64,000 nt of DNA from an uncultured Candidatus Saccharibacteria bacterium (GCA_963551735.1 CAUVHH010000001.1:211381-275380), one strand, 5' to 3'. Numbered from the stretch's first letter, positions 27,893-37,882 are shown. Numbers and translations are program-made. The notes: a model not told the origin generated them from the letters alone.

Positions 27893-28254
27893 TTAAGAAC
27901 GCAGGTGACTAAGACGGCTTTAATTACCGCAACTAGCGTAACACGATCACCACCATTGATAACTTGGTCGGATTACTACCGCAACTAGCAACACGCGGCT
28001 AATGCAAATTATCAACGCTGCCGGTAGCGCACCAATCTTTAGCGAGACATTTTGCCAGCCCGTCCGCGGCCCGTTCCAATCATCCGCGCGAGATGAGAAA
28101 ATCTTAGGCGTGAGATTTACAAATCATACGTGGAAGATTTCAAAATCTTACATGTAGGATTCGAGAATTGTACGCGCGAGATTAGTCGGCCGCACGTTCT
28201 TCCTGCTTTTTACATATCGCTCCGATTTATTCAGCAAAGGCAAAGTTTCGTATA

Positions 28255-28590
28255 TCAAGAGACACGGCAATACATTATGTTATCTGGATTACTGTTCAAA
28301 ATCCGCCTAGGAATACGCTTTCTGTGCATAGTGCCATCACTTGGCAGTCCTTTATAGACTTCATTGCTTAGTACGGCCGCCAAAACGCGCGCTGCTAGTT
28401 TTCTCTGCGCGTTAAGTTTTTTACGTAATCTTGATGAGAGATCTGATTGTTCACCTGCTGCAAAATAGTAAACGTAAGTCTTTATATCTTCAATTGGACA
28501 TCCTTCCGTAGGTATATCCTGATAGGCGAAAGCACTGACTTTATCAGATTGAACAAGCGGTCTAGAGTCGGGGTCATAAAAACCATACAT
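28255..28590 (-). CDS. Hypothetical protein, possibly the 3' part of a disrupted gene
   Basis: 111-aa ORF with no recognisable motif. A 43-codon ORF (28629-28760, MIRLRSPEIYVGLFDIERVG...) lies just upstream in another frame. The surrounding region is gene-poor. Confidence 0.3.
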   Translation of the reverse strand: MYGFYDPDSRPLVQSDKVSAFAYQDIPTEGCPIEDIKTYVYYFAAGEQSDLSSRLRKKLNAQRKLAARVLAAVLSNEVYKGLPSDGTMHRKRIPRRILNSNPDNIMYCRVS

Positions 28591-28827
28591 ATAAGCATTA
28601 TGTAATTGGTGATGAAACCCCCTTTCTGCTACGGCAATATAACTATATTACTATTTGGATAACGATACGATACACCTATAGGTTCGGTAATCGTGCTAGA
28701 GCCCACTCTTTCTATATCAAATAAACCGACATATATTTCAGGAGACCTCAGTCTAATCATATAAAATTATTTATAACACACTATGAACAATAGATCAATA
28801 GGTGGCAGGCGGTTTTTTGGAAGGACT

Positions 28828-29313
28828 TTACGACTCCTCCGCCGCCAGCACTCTTCCCGACCGATAAGTCCTTAATGCTCGCAAAGCCATGCGCGCCGCC
28901 GGTCCAGCGACCAATATCTGCCACCAAAAAGCCATGCAGAAATTAACCGGCCAAGCAGCAGTGAAGCGCGCCAGCAACTCGGATAGAGGCGTGCCCGCCA
29001 GCACCAACCCGATCAAGCTCATCGCCAACGACATGCCAGTCACCATGCAAACTGTTTGCGCCAGGGTACGAGCTTTCGGACTGTCTTTCGCCTGGACGAA
29101 ACGCTTCATGGCTTTGTGTGCCAAACTTGACACTACCAAACCTTCAACCAGCATAACAATCGCAAAGATAATTGGCTGCAGTAGTAGTGCTCGCCCGAGC
29201 GATTGCATCGACACGCCAGCGTGCAAAAACGTGTTCAGCAAATTCATAAACATCGACATTGTAAACGCCATCACGACGCCATAAAATATTCCTTCTCGCT
29301 TAGTGCGGGGCAT
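28828..29313 (-). CDS. DUF2798-like small membrane protein
   Basis: It has two repeats of a hydrophobic module (GIFYGVVMAFTMSMFMNLLNTFL... and ...FTAAWPVNFCMAFWWQILVAGP) that I recall as DUF2798-like. AAAGGAG lies before the ATG. Confidence 0.6.
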   Translation of the reverse strand: MPRTKREGIFYGVVMAFTMSMFMNLLNTFLHAGVSMQSLGRALLLQPIIFAIVMLVEGLVVSSLAHKAMKRFVQAKDSPKARTLAQTVCMVTGMSLAMSLIGLVLAGTPLSELLARFTAAWPVNFCMAFWWQILVAGPAARMALRALRTYRSGRVLAAEES

Positions 29314-29469
29314 ATTTACTCCTTTGATTAATGATTTTTTGGCAACAAAAAAGTTGCGCTTTATCGGTGCAACTAGGGTGTGTTATTTTTACAACATTAC
29401 GCTTTTGCTCAGAGCGAAAGCAACATATTGACCTCTGGAAATTTTAGCAGAGTGACGGAGTTTTGTCAA
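29314..29469 (-). promoter_or_regulatory. Promoter (TTGACA-17-TAAAAT) plus ~120-nt leader with a terminator-like hairpin, upstream of the DUF2798-like gene
   Basis: Minus strand: -35 at 29469-29464 and -10 at 29446-29441, with an exact 17-nt spacer. Hairpin AGTTGC(nn)/GCAACT at 29374-29352 is followed by T6. Confidence 0.35.
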
Positions 29470-29645
29470 GATTCGAGCAGCTCATTGGTCAAGAGAACTG
29501 CTGGCTCAAATATTACAGCATCTATTATCTTTCCTTCTTCAGTATAATCGGTCAATTTTGGCAACATATGCAAACTTGTCCAATTGATAATCTGGTTTGA
29601 AGTTGGTTTTCGCTTCGCAAGTAATCTTTCAAAAGACGGACGCAT
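29466..29645 (-). CDS. Possible 59-aa ORF (or gene remnant) next to tRNA-Ala(CGC)
   Basis: Manual translation gives MRPSFERLLAKRKPTSNQIINWTSLHMLPKLTDYTEEGKIIDAVIFEPAVLLTNELLES. No RBS or family was recognised. It looks more protein-like than the overlapping track ORF 29552..29737. Confidence 0.2.
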   Translation of the reverse strand: MRPSFERLLAKRKPTSNQIINWTSLHMLPKLTDYTEEGKIIDAVIFEPAVLLTNELLES

Positions 29646-29764
29646 ATCATCAGTAGTCGGACGAGATTTTCCAGTAAGTTAAATTGGTAATAATAAGTAA
29701 ATAATGTCTTGAAAAATAAAATAACGGCAGCGTTCATGATTACGCTACCGCTTTCATACTATTC

Positions 29765-29840
29765 TGGTGGAGATAGAGGGACTCAAACCCTCGACCTCAG
29801 CAATGCGAATGCTGCGCTCTATCAGCTGAGCTATATCCCC
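29765..29840 (-). tRNA. tRNA-Ala (anticodon CGC), CCA encoded; unusual A19/U56
   Basis: Hand fold of the reverse complement: GGGGATA-TA-GCTC-AGCTGATA-GAGC-G-CAGCA-TTCGCAT-TGCTG-AGGTC-GAGGG-TTTGAGT-CCCTC-TATCTCC-A-CCA. The G3:U70 Ala identity pair is present. Confidence 0.9.
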
Positions 29841-29888
29841 ATGCTGGCGTGGTTGCCAAGCTTCGTTTCTATTTTAGCACACAGCAAG

Positions 29889-30437
29889 CTAATTCGAAAC
29901 TACCGCTCCGACTGCCGTCCGTGAAATTCCTCTAGAGGCCTTATCGGCGGCGCTAGAACATTCAAAATACTCAGAATGATCCTCAAACCATTGTCCAAGC
30001 GCTGCTGCCGTCGCGCTTGTACCAAAGAATGTAGAAAGCCTACCTATTACGTCTCTTCTAATTGTATGCGGATCTAATCTACCGTCCTCTTTAGTATATT
30101 CTTTAAGGTGCATTTTGAATAGACTATCTATAACTGGCCCCGCTGCATCAACCATAAAATGAATTCTGTCTGCAACTCCATCAAAAGAACTAGCTTTTTC
30201 CGTGACTGCACACCACAGACGCATCATTGCATCTGGATTAGAATGGTCAATCCTTTCAGAGTATCCAGTTAGCCTCTCAAAAGACGCCTGAGAGTAACGG
30301 TCGCCCTGGTCTGATTCGTCAACAATATCCGTTACGCCCGTCCTGTCGATAGTTGACGCATCTAGATGATGATCATCATGATCACCTTTAACACCAGCTA
30401 AATTTAACTCACCCTGTGTAATAAACTCTCTTCCCAT
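29889..30437 (-). CDS. Hypothetical acidic cytoplasmic protein embedded in the tRNA cluster
   Basis: 182-aa ORF. It has no TM segment and no motif I recognise, apart from a D/H-rich stretch (KGDHDDHHLD). Confidence 0.5.
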   Translation of the reverse strand: MGREFITQGELNLAGVKGDHDDHHLDASTIDRTGVTDIVDESDQGDRYSQASFERLTGYSERIDHSNPDAMMRLWCAVTEKASSFDGVADRIHFMVDAAGPVIDSLFKMHLKEYTKEDGRLDPHTIRRDVIGRLSTFFGTSATAAALGQWFEDHSEYFECSSAADKASRGISRTAVGAVVSN

Positions 30438-30511
30438 ATTTTAAGTATAGAGTATTGCTAAAAATGCGTCAAATTAAAACAACTCGCTTCCGAAACAGCG
30501 AGCGTAATTCA

Positions 30512-30588
30512 TGGTGGACCTTGCAGGGCTTGAACCTGCGACCTCACGAATGTGAATCGTGCGCTCTAGCCAACTGAGCTAAAGGTCC
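30512..30588 (-). tRNA. tRNA-Val (anticodon CAC), CCA encoded
   Basis: Reverse complement: GGACCTTTAGCTCAGTTGGCTAGAGCGCACGATTCACATTCGTGAGGTCGCAGGTTCAAGCCCTGCAAGGTCCACCA. The cloverleaf folds cleanly. Confidence 0.95.
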
Positions 30589-30589
30589 G

Positions 30590-30666
30590 TGGTGGAGCAT
30601 ACCGGATTCGAACCGGTCACCTCTTCGCTGCCAGCGAAGCGCTCTAGCCAAATGAGCTAATGCCCC
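30590..30666 (-). tRNA. tRNA-Ala (anticodon GGC), CCA encoded
   Basis: Reverse complement: GGGGCATTAGCTCATTTGGCTAGAGCGCTTCGCTGGCAGCGAAGAGGTGACCGGTTCGAATCCGGTATGCTCCACCA. G3:U70 is present. It lies 1 nt from tRNA-Val. Confidence 0.95.
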
Positions 30667-30838
30667 AAACTACTACAGGACAGTCGCCGATTTGGCTAGA
30701 GCGCTTGCGCAATATTTCTGCTGAAGGCTCCCCAAATGAGCTAATGCCCCAGAGCTTACTCTACGAGACATTTACCAATTTGGCTAGAGTACTCGCGTAA
30801 CATACTGCTAAAGACTCTCCAAACTAGCTAATGCCCCA
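30667..30838. repeat. Two tandem ~85-88-bp units made of tRNA-Ala(GGC) fragments
   Basis: CCAAATGAGCTAATGCCCCA (30648-30667, the 5' end of the real tRNA) recurs exactly at 30732-30751 and with two mismatches at 30819-30838. An inverted D-arm copy, TTTGGCTAGAGCGCTT, occurs at 30691-30706 and in degenerate form at 30779-30793. Confidence 0.7.
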
Positions 30839-30864
30839 AAAGTTCTCTCCCCATCTACAATATC

Positions 30865-30893
30865 AAAAAACCGCTACAATTTCTAGTAGCGGT
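30865..30893 (-). terminator. Intrinsic terminator downstream of the ABC-exporter operon
   Basis: On the minus strand, an 8-bp stem ACCGCTAC/GTAGCGGT is followed by T6. Confidence 0.55.
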
Positions 30894-31016
30894 TTGTGCT
30901 GCTACGCGCCCACCCGGGGCACGGCGTTGGTATGATGTTTGTTTTCGCAACAGGGCGGCCCCATTGCGTACCAGCATAAGCATATTATCGCGCAACATTT
31001 AGTAAATTGCAAGCGC

Positions 31017-32816
31017 TTATTCAATTTGGCTAGCGAACATCTTATAAAATTCACCCCGGCGAGCTACTAATTCGTCAACGCTACCCTGCTCGACGATCTT
31101 GCCGTTTTGCATCATATAGACAACATCGGCTTTTTTGATAGTTGTATAGCGATGGCTGATAGCGATGATGGTATTGCCATGCTTGCCAAATAGCCGAGCA
31201 AAAATCCTTGATTCTGCCAAGGCATCGATAGCGCTAGTTGGTTCGTCTAGAATAACAATTGGCGCCTGGCGATAAAAATTACGCGCCAATGCTAACCGCT
31301 GCCATTGCCCGCCCGACAAATCAACGCCGTTAGTACCATCGTCATGCTCAAACCATTGCCCGAGAATCGTATCGCGCTTCTTGGGCAATTTGTCAATGAA
31401 AGCGTTGGCTTCAGCCTGCTTGATTGATCTTTGATAATGCTGCTCGTCATAACTGCGCTGAACGTCTCCATACACAACGTTCTCGTAAGCTGTTGCAAAT
31501 CGATATTTTATGAAATCTTGTTGCAGCACTCCGAGATAGCTATGCCACGAACTCTTATTAATATCCGTCAGCGACACGTTATCAAGCAAGACCTGGCCGC
31601 GCGTTGGCTGATACAACCCCAACAACAATTTAATAAGCGTCGATTTGCCAGCGCCATTTTCGCCGACAATAGCAACCCGTTGGCCAGCGCGAATTTTCAT
31701 GTTAATATCGCTTAGCACTAGCTTGTTGTTTTTGGGATAACGAAACGAAACATTCCGCAGTTCAATCGCCTGCGGCGGTTCAGACAGATCCCGACCTTTG
31801 TTCAAGCCTCTCGGCAACCGCATAAACCTTTGGAAATCGACCATCGCTGCAATATCCTGATCAATGCTATTGAACTGCGTGATTAAACTGCCCATATCGC
31901 CAAGTGCTCGCGACATCATTTGCTCGACCAAAACAAACTGGCCGATTGGCTGAGCACGATGGATAATTTGCAGAACAATCGACAACAGCCCAACTAGCTG
32001 AGCTATTGCTTCGACAACGTCGGCTGCCAACCGTTTGATAATATAAGCGCGCTCAAATTGAATACGCTCGAGCTGATCTTTGTCCCGCCACTTCGCTCGC
32101 ATATCTAACATATAGCGCGCTGCGTTATAGATACGCAATTCCGCCAAATTTTGCGGCTGCATCACACTCCAAGAAATCGAATTACTGCGGCGCCGAGCTT
32201 CGGTATATTTACGCCAATGTTCTGTCTGCAAACGCGACAATTTTAACTGAACTATCGCACTAGGGATAATCGCTAAAAATAATATTAAGCCAATCCACCA
32301 GCTAACAGAAAATAGCGAAGCTAACGCTACTATTACACTAACAATTGACGCAATTATCCTAGCCATAGCGTCGAAAAACTGCGAAAAAAACGAGACAAAA
32401 CTTTGCGCCTTGTCAAACATATCGGCAGTGTCCTTATCATCGTAACGCCAAAAATCGATACTAACAAAATGCTCGTACAGCTGGTCGCTAATAGCCGAGC
32501 TGATTTTATACGAAGTGAATTGATCTATGTAATTTTGCAAACTATTCCACGCCATCATAAGAATTCCCAGCAGCACAGTCGCTGCAACACACCAAATTGC
32601 CCTTGCGCCTGCTTGCTCGTCACCGGCGAAGCCAGCCGCCAGATAAGTAGTCGCTTGCGCGGCCACAAACGCAGTAACTAACGGAATAGCCGAACCGATA
32701 ATCGTACCGATTATTTTGGTAATCGCCGCCAGCGGAGAAGCTTTATAAGTCGTTATCGCCACCGTGCCAAAAGCTTTTAAAGTTTCATTGAAAGATAGCT
32801 TCTTTGGTTCTGTCAT
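31017..32816 (-). CDS. ABC exporter, fused permease/ATPase (type I exporter fold)
   Basis: The start is at MTEPKKLSF, 2 nt after the upstream stop. Six N-terminal TM helices are followed by Walker A GENGAGKST, signature LSGGQWQRLALAR and Walker B ILDEPTSAID. Confidence 0.9.
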   Translation of the reverse strand: MTEPKKLSFNETLKAFGTVAITTYKASPLAAITKIIGTIIGSAIPLVTAFVAAQATTYLAAGFAGDEQAGARAIWCVAATVLLGILMMAWNSLQNYIDQFTSYKISSAISDQLYEHFVSIDFWRYDDKDTADMFDKAQSFVSFFSQFFDAMARIIASIVSVIVALASLFSVSWWIGLILFLAIIPSAIVQLKLSRLQTEHWRKYTEARRRSNSISWSVMQPQNLAELRIYNAARYMLDMRAKWRDKDQLERIQFERAYIIKRLAADVVEAIAQLVGLLSIVLQIIHRAQPIGQFVLVEQMMSRALGDMGSLITQFNSIDQDIAAMVDFQRFMRLPRGLNKGRDLSEPPQAIELRNVSFRYPKNNKLVLSDINMKIRAGQRVAIVGENGAGKSTLIKLLLGLYQPTRGQVLLDNVSLTDINKSSWHSYLGVLQQDFIKYRFATAYENVVYGDVQRSYDEQHYQRSIKQAEANAFIDKLPKKRDTILGQWFEHDDGTNGVDLSGGQWQRLALARNFYRQAPIVILDEPTSAIDALAESRIFARLFGKHGNTIIAISHRYTTIKKADVVYMMQNGKIVEQGSVDELVARRGEFYKMFASQIE

Positions 32817-32818
32817 GA

Positions 32819-33241
32819 TTAACCGCATTCAGATTTTATCAGAGTAATAATAGCAGTATCCAGCTCGCTTTCACTATGCCAGGTTTGCGTCCGCCTAGCG
32901 AGATCTGGTAAATACGATTTGCCAGCAGCGCTCTGATGCTGTGCCAACAGGATTGACTTATTGCGAGCCATGGCAACGCCGATTTCTATCAGCATACCTT
33001 CACTGCGACGCGGCGAAGTTTGAATCGCTAGTATTTTGTCGCACTCATTCATTTGATCAATTGCTCGCCTCAAGAACTGACGTGGGCTGTCGTAACTTTC
33101 GGTCGCGCTATCAAACAAATTACAATAAACCTCATGCCCGCAGCCCTCAAGCAAATCAACCACCCGGCGCATACGCGCTTCAACTTTCAGTTTGTCCTCG
33201 CCAGTAAAAGCATACGAACAGAATATTTTATGCTTTTTCAT
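32819..33241 (-). CDS. Nucleoside 2-deoxyribosyltransferase-fold protein (NDT-like)
   Basis: 140 aa. It begins with a beta-strand start (KIFCSYAFTGED). The stretch ILAIQTSPRRSEGMLIEIGVAMARNKSILL resembles the catalytic Glu region (x-x-G-T-x-x-E-x-G) of the PF05014-type family. Confidence 0.6.
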   Translation of the reverse strand: MKKHKIFCSYAFTGEDKLKVEARMRRVVDLLEGCGHEVYCNLFDSATESYDSPRQFLRRAIDQMNECDKILAIQTSPRRSEGMLIEIGVAMARNKSILLAQHQSAAGKSYLPDLARRTQTWHSESELDTAIITLIKSECG

Positions 33242-33253
33242 AATCCTATTTTA

Positions 33254-34138
33254 TCATCTAGCTGGCAAAAGCTTCGTAAAAGAAGTTATAATCCTCTGGC
33301 GCAAGGCGTTGTCGAGTGGAACTATCGCTGCGTTATTACGCCCGCCGATAGTCATATGTTCAATAATTAACGATAAACCGCGTACGATCTTGACACAAGC
33401 GATTTCTCGCTGAGTAGTCGGCTCCTCACCCAGCCGATCAACGACCAAACGCCGAATATTGCACATACGTTTGGCGGTTTCGGGGCGTTCCATCTCGCGA
33501 TTGTACGTAAAATTAACTACATCGTACCAGCGCGGCCAATCATCGCGGAAACTCTCGAAGTCAATTAGCCAATATTTATCGCCGTCATACAATAGATTAT
33601 TTTCGGTAAAATCCGCATGCATTGGTCGAGCTTCGCACAAGCTATGATTATCACGCAAGAAATCCAAACTAGCCCGAAATATTTCCGGCGGTATCACTTC
33701 TAAATTAAACCCGGAAATAATTCGTTCTAACTTCTGCCAAATATATTCTCCGTCTTTATTTTGTCGCGACCAGCGCGAGCAACGACGTTTCTGATTGCGA
33801 AAATAGTAGTCCATTTGCACGAAACTTTGTATAAAAAAGTCATCAGGCACGTTGGCTAGCTCTGGCGTCCATCCATCAATAAATTGCGTTAAGATTTTCA
33901 TATCGTCATAATGCAGCAATTTTGGCACAGTAAATGGTATATCGTTAAAATTACGAGTCAATTTATCAAAAGTTCGCAAACCATTCGCTTCGCGCAATAT
34001 TTCATCTTTGCCAGTCACCCCGGGCTGCGACTGCTTACAAAACACGCGTTCGCCAAACCAATCTACTTCGCTAACCGCAAACCTATGATTCTGGCGAATG
34101 ACTCTGATAGTCTTTAGATCGGCGCTACCATTCTTCAT
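33254..34138 (-). CDS. APH/choline-kinase-type small-molecule phosphotransferase
   Basis: It has the catalytic loop HADFTENNLLY (H-x-D-x4-N) and the metal-binding WLIDFESF motif, in a protein-kinase-like fold of ~290 aa. Confidence 0.75.
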   Translation of the reverse strand: MKNGSADLKTIRVIRQNHRFAVSEVDWFGERVFCKQSQPGVTGKDEILREANGLRTFDKLTRNFNDIPFTVPKLLHYDDMKILTQFIDGWTPELANVPDDFFIQSFVQMDYYFRNQKRRCSRWSRQNKDGEYIWQKLERIISGFNLEVIPPEIFRASLDFLRDNHSLCEARPMHADFTENNLLYDGDKYWLIDFESFRDDWPRWYDVVNFTYNREMERPETAKRMCNIRRLVVDRLGEEPTTQREIACVKIVRGLSLIIEHMTIGGRNNAAIVPLDNALRQRIITSFTKLLPAR

Positions 34139-34139
34139 T

Positions 34140-34547
34140 TTATTCTCCTATGTGGATTAAAGGCTCGACGCCATCTTCATAAACTAAGTCGTCAATCGTG
34201 ACTTCGTAAATATGTTTGTCATCGCGAAACGCAAAAAATCGGACGGTTTTATGTTGCTGCCAGGCTTGGACTACTTCCGCCCGCACGCCATCAGCAATAT
34301 CGCCAAATACCCACAGCTCATCAGCGCGCGCCACCAGCGTATTATTGGCGCGTCGCACCGTGTCACGCTCTACCGCGTCGAGCAAAAAATAATCAAAACT
34401 GGCAAATGGGTTGATCGGCACAGCGCCTTGTTCGAGTGCAAATTTCGTTACGAAAAATCTCATGTAAAAATATTTCTTGGACATGGCGGTAAACACAACT
34501 GTGTCGGCGGGTTTGATGGCGAGGGCGCGATGTGGTTGCTGTATCAT
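34140..34547 (-). CDS. Small Rossmann-like protein, tentatively DUF4406/NDT-like
   Basis: 135 aa. The order is beta1 TVVFTA, then helix, then GAVPINPF, then ARADELWVFGDIADGVRAEV. This resembles DUF4406 / deoxyribosyltransferase-like proteins from memory. The assignment is weak. Confidence 0.45.
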   Translation of the reverse strand: MIQQPHRALAIKPADTVVFTAMSKKYFYMRFFVTKFALEQGAVPINPFASFDYFLLDAVERDTVRRANNTLVARADELWVFGDIADGVRAEVVQAWQQHKTVRFFAFRDDKHIYEVTIDDLVYEDGVEPLIHIGE

Positions 34548-34560
34548 GGTTATGACTCCG

Positions 34561-37612
<3,052 letters not shown>

Positions 37613-37622
37613 AAATAAGCTA

Positions 37623-37708
37623 TGGTGCGCAAGGCGGGAATCGAACCCGCACGACTTTTGGTCAAGAGATTTTAAGTCTCTCGCGTCTACCAATTCCGCC
37701 ACTCGCGC
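37623..37708 (-). tRNA. tRNA-Leu (anticodon TAA), long variable arm, CCA encoded
   Basis: Reverse complement: GCGCGAGTGGCGGAATTGGTAGACGCGAGAGACTTAAAATCTCTTGACCAAAAGTCGTGCGGGTTCGATTCCCGCCTTGCGCACCA. Confidence 0.95.
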
Positions 37709-37719
37709 TTGTAATTTTA

Positions 37720-37793
37720 TGGAGGCACGTACGAGAGTCGAACTCGTCTAAAAGGTTTTGCAGACCTCTGCGTAACCGCTCCGCCAACGCGCC
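37720..37793 (-). tRNA. tRNA-Cys (anticodon GCA), U73 discriminator, CCA encoded
   Basis: Reverse complement: GGCGCGTTGGCGGAGCGGTTACGCAGAGGTCTGCAAAACCTTTTAGACGAGTTCGACTCTCGTACGTGCCTCCA. Confidence 0.95.
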
Positions 37794-37802
37794 GTCTGCT
37801 TT

Positions 37803-37811
37803 ATTATACCA
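37803..37811 (-). promoter_or_regulatory. Extended -10 element (TGgTATAAT) 9 nt upstream of tRNA-Cys
   Basis: Read on the minus strand. The position is appropriate for a transcript starting near the mature tRNA 5' end. Confidence 0.35.
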
Positions 37812-37882
37812 AACTACAGTTGCTCTTTGAATATTAACTATGAAAAAATCGCTGGCAGAGCAACGATTTCATGATGTATATT

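Noticed and set aside
28130-28357. 75-aa plus-strand ORF in the rarA-upstream spacer
   Set aside because: It has a non-ATG start, no RBS, overlaps the minus-strand orphan ORF, and has an unconvincing composition.
30667-30838. Possibility that the ~85-bp periodic repeats are a small CRISPR array
   Set aside because: There are only two extra units, and the 'spacers' are themselves similar to each other. The repeat is a tRNA fragment, and no cas genes are nearby.
30866-30878. Identical 13-mer AAAAACCGCTACA in two terminator hairpins (30866-30878 and 60995-61007), considered as a dispersed repeat family
   Set aside because: There are only two copies, the loops differ, and both are explained as ordinary intrinsic terminators. 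A genome-wide count would be needed to claim a repeat family.
30896-31016. GC-rich element as SRP RNA, RNase P RNA, tmRNA or 6S RNA
   Set aside because: None of the conserved motifs I can recall for these RNAs is present (for example the SRP domain IV GGAA/GNAR apical loop context, or the tmRNA tag ORF and tRNA-like ends). It is kept only as an unclassified structured 3' UTR.
37613-37702. N-terminal 30 codons (MAELVDARDLKSLDQKSCGFDSRLAHH...) of track ORF 36545..37702
   Set aside because: This peptide is simply the translation of the tRNA-Leu(TAA) gene. The membrane protein starts at the Met at 37612.
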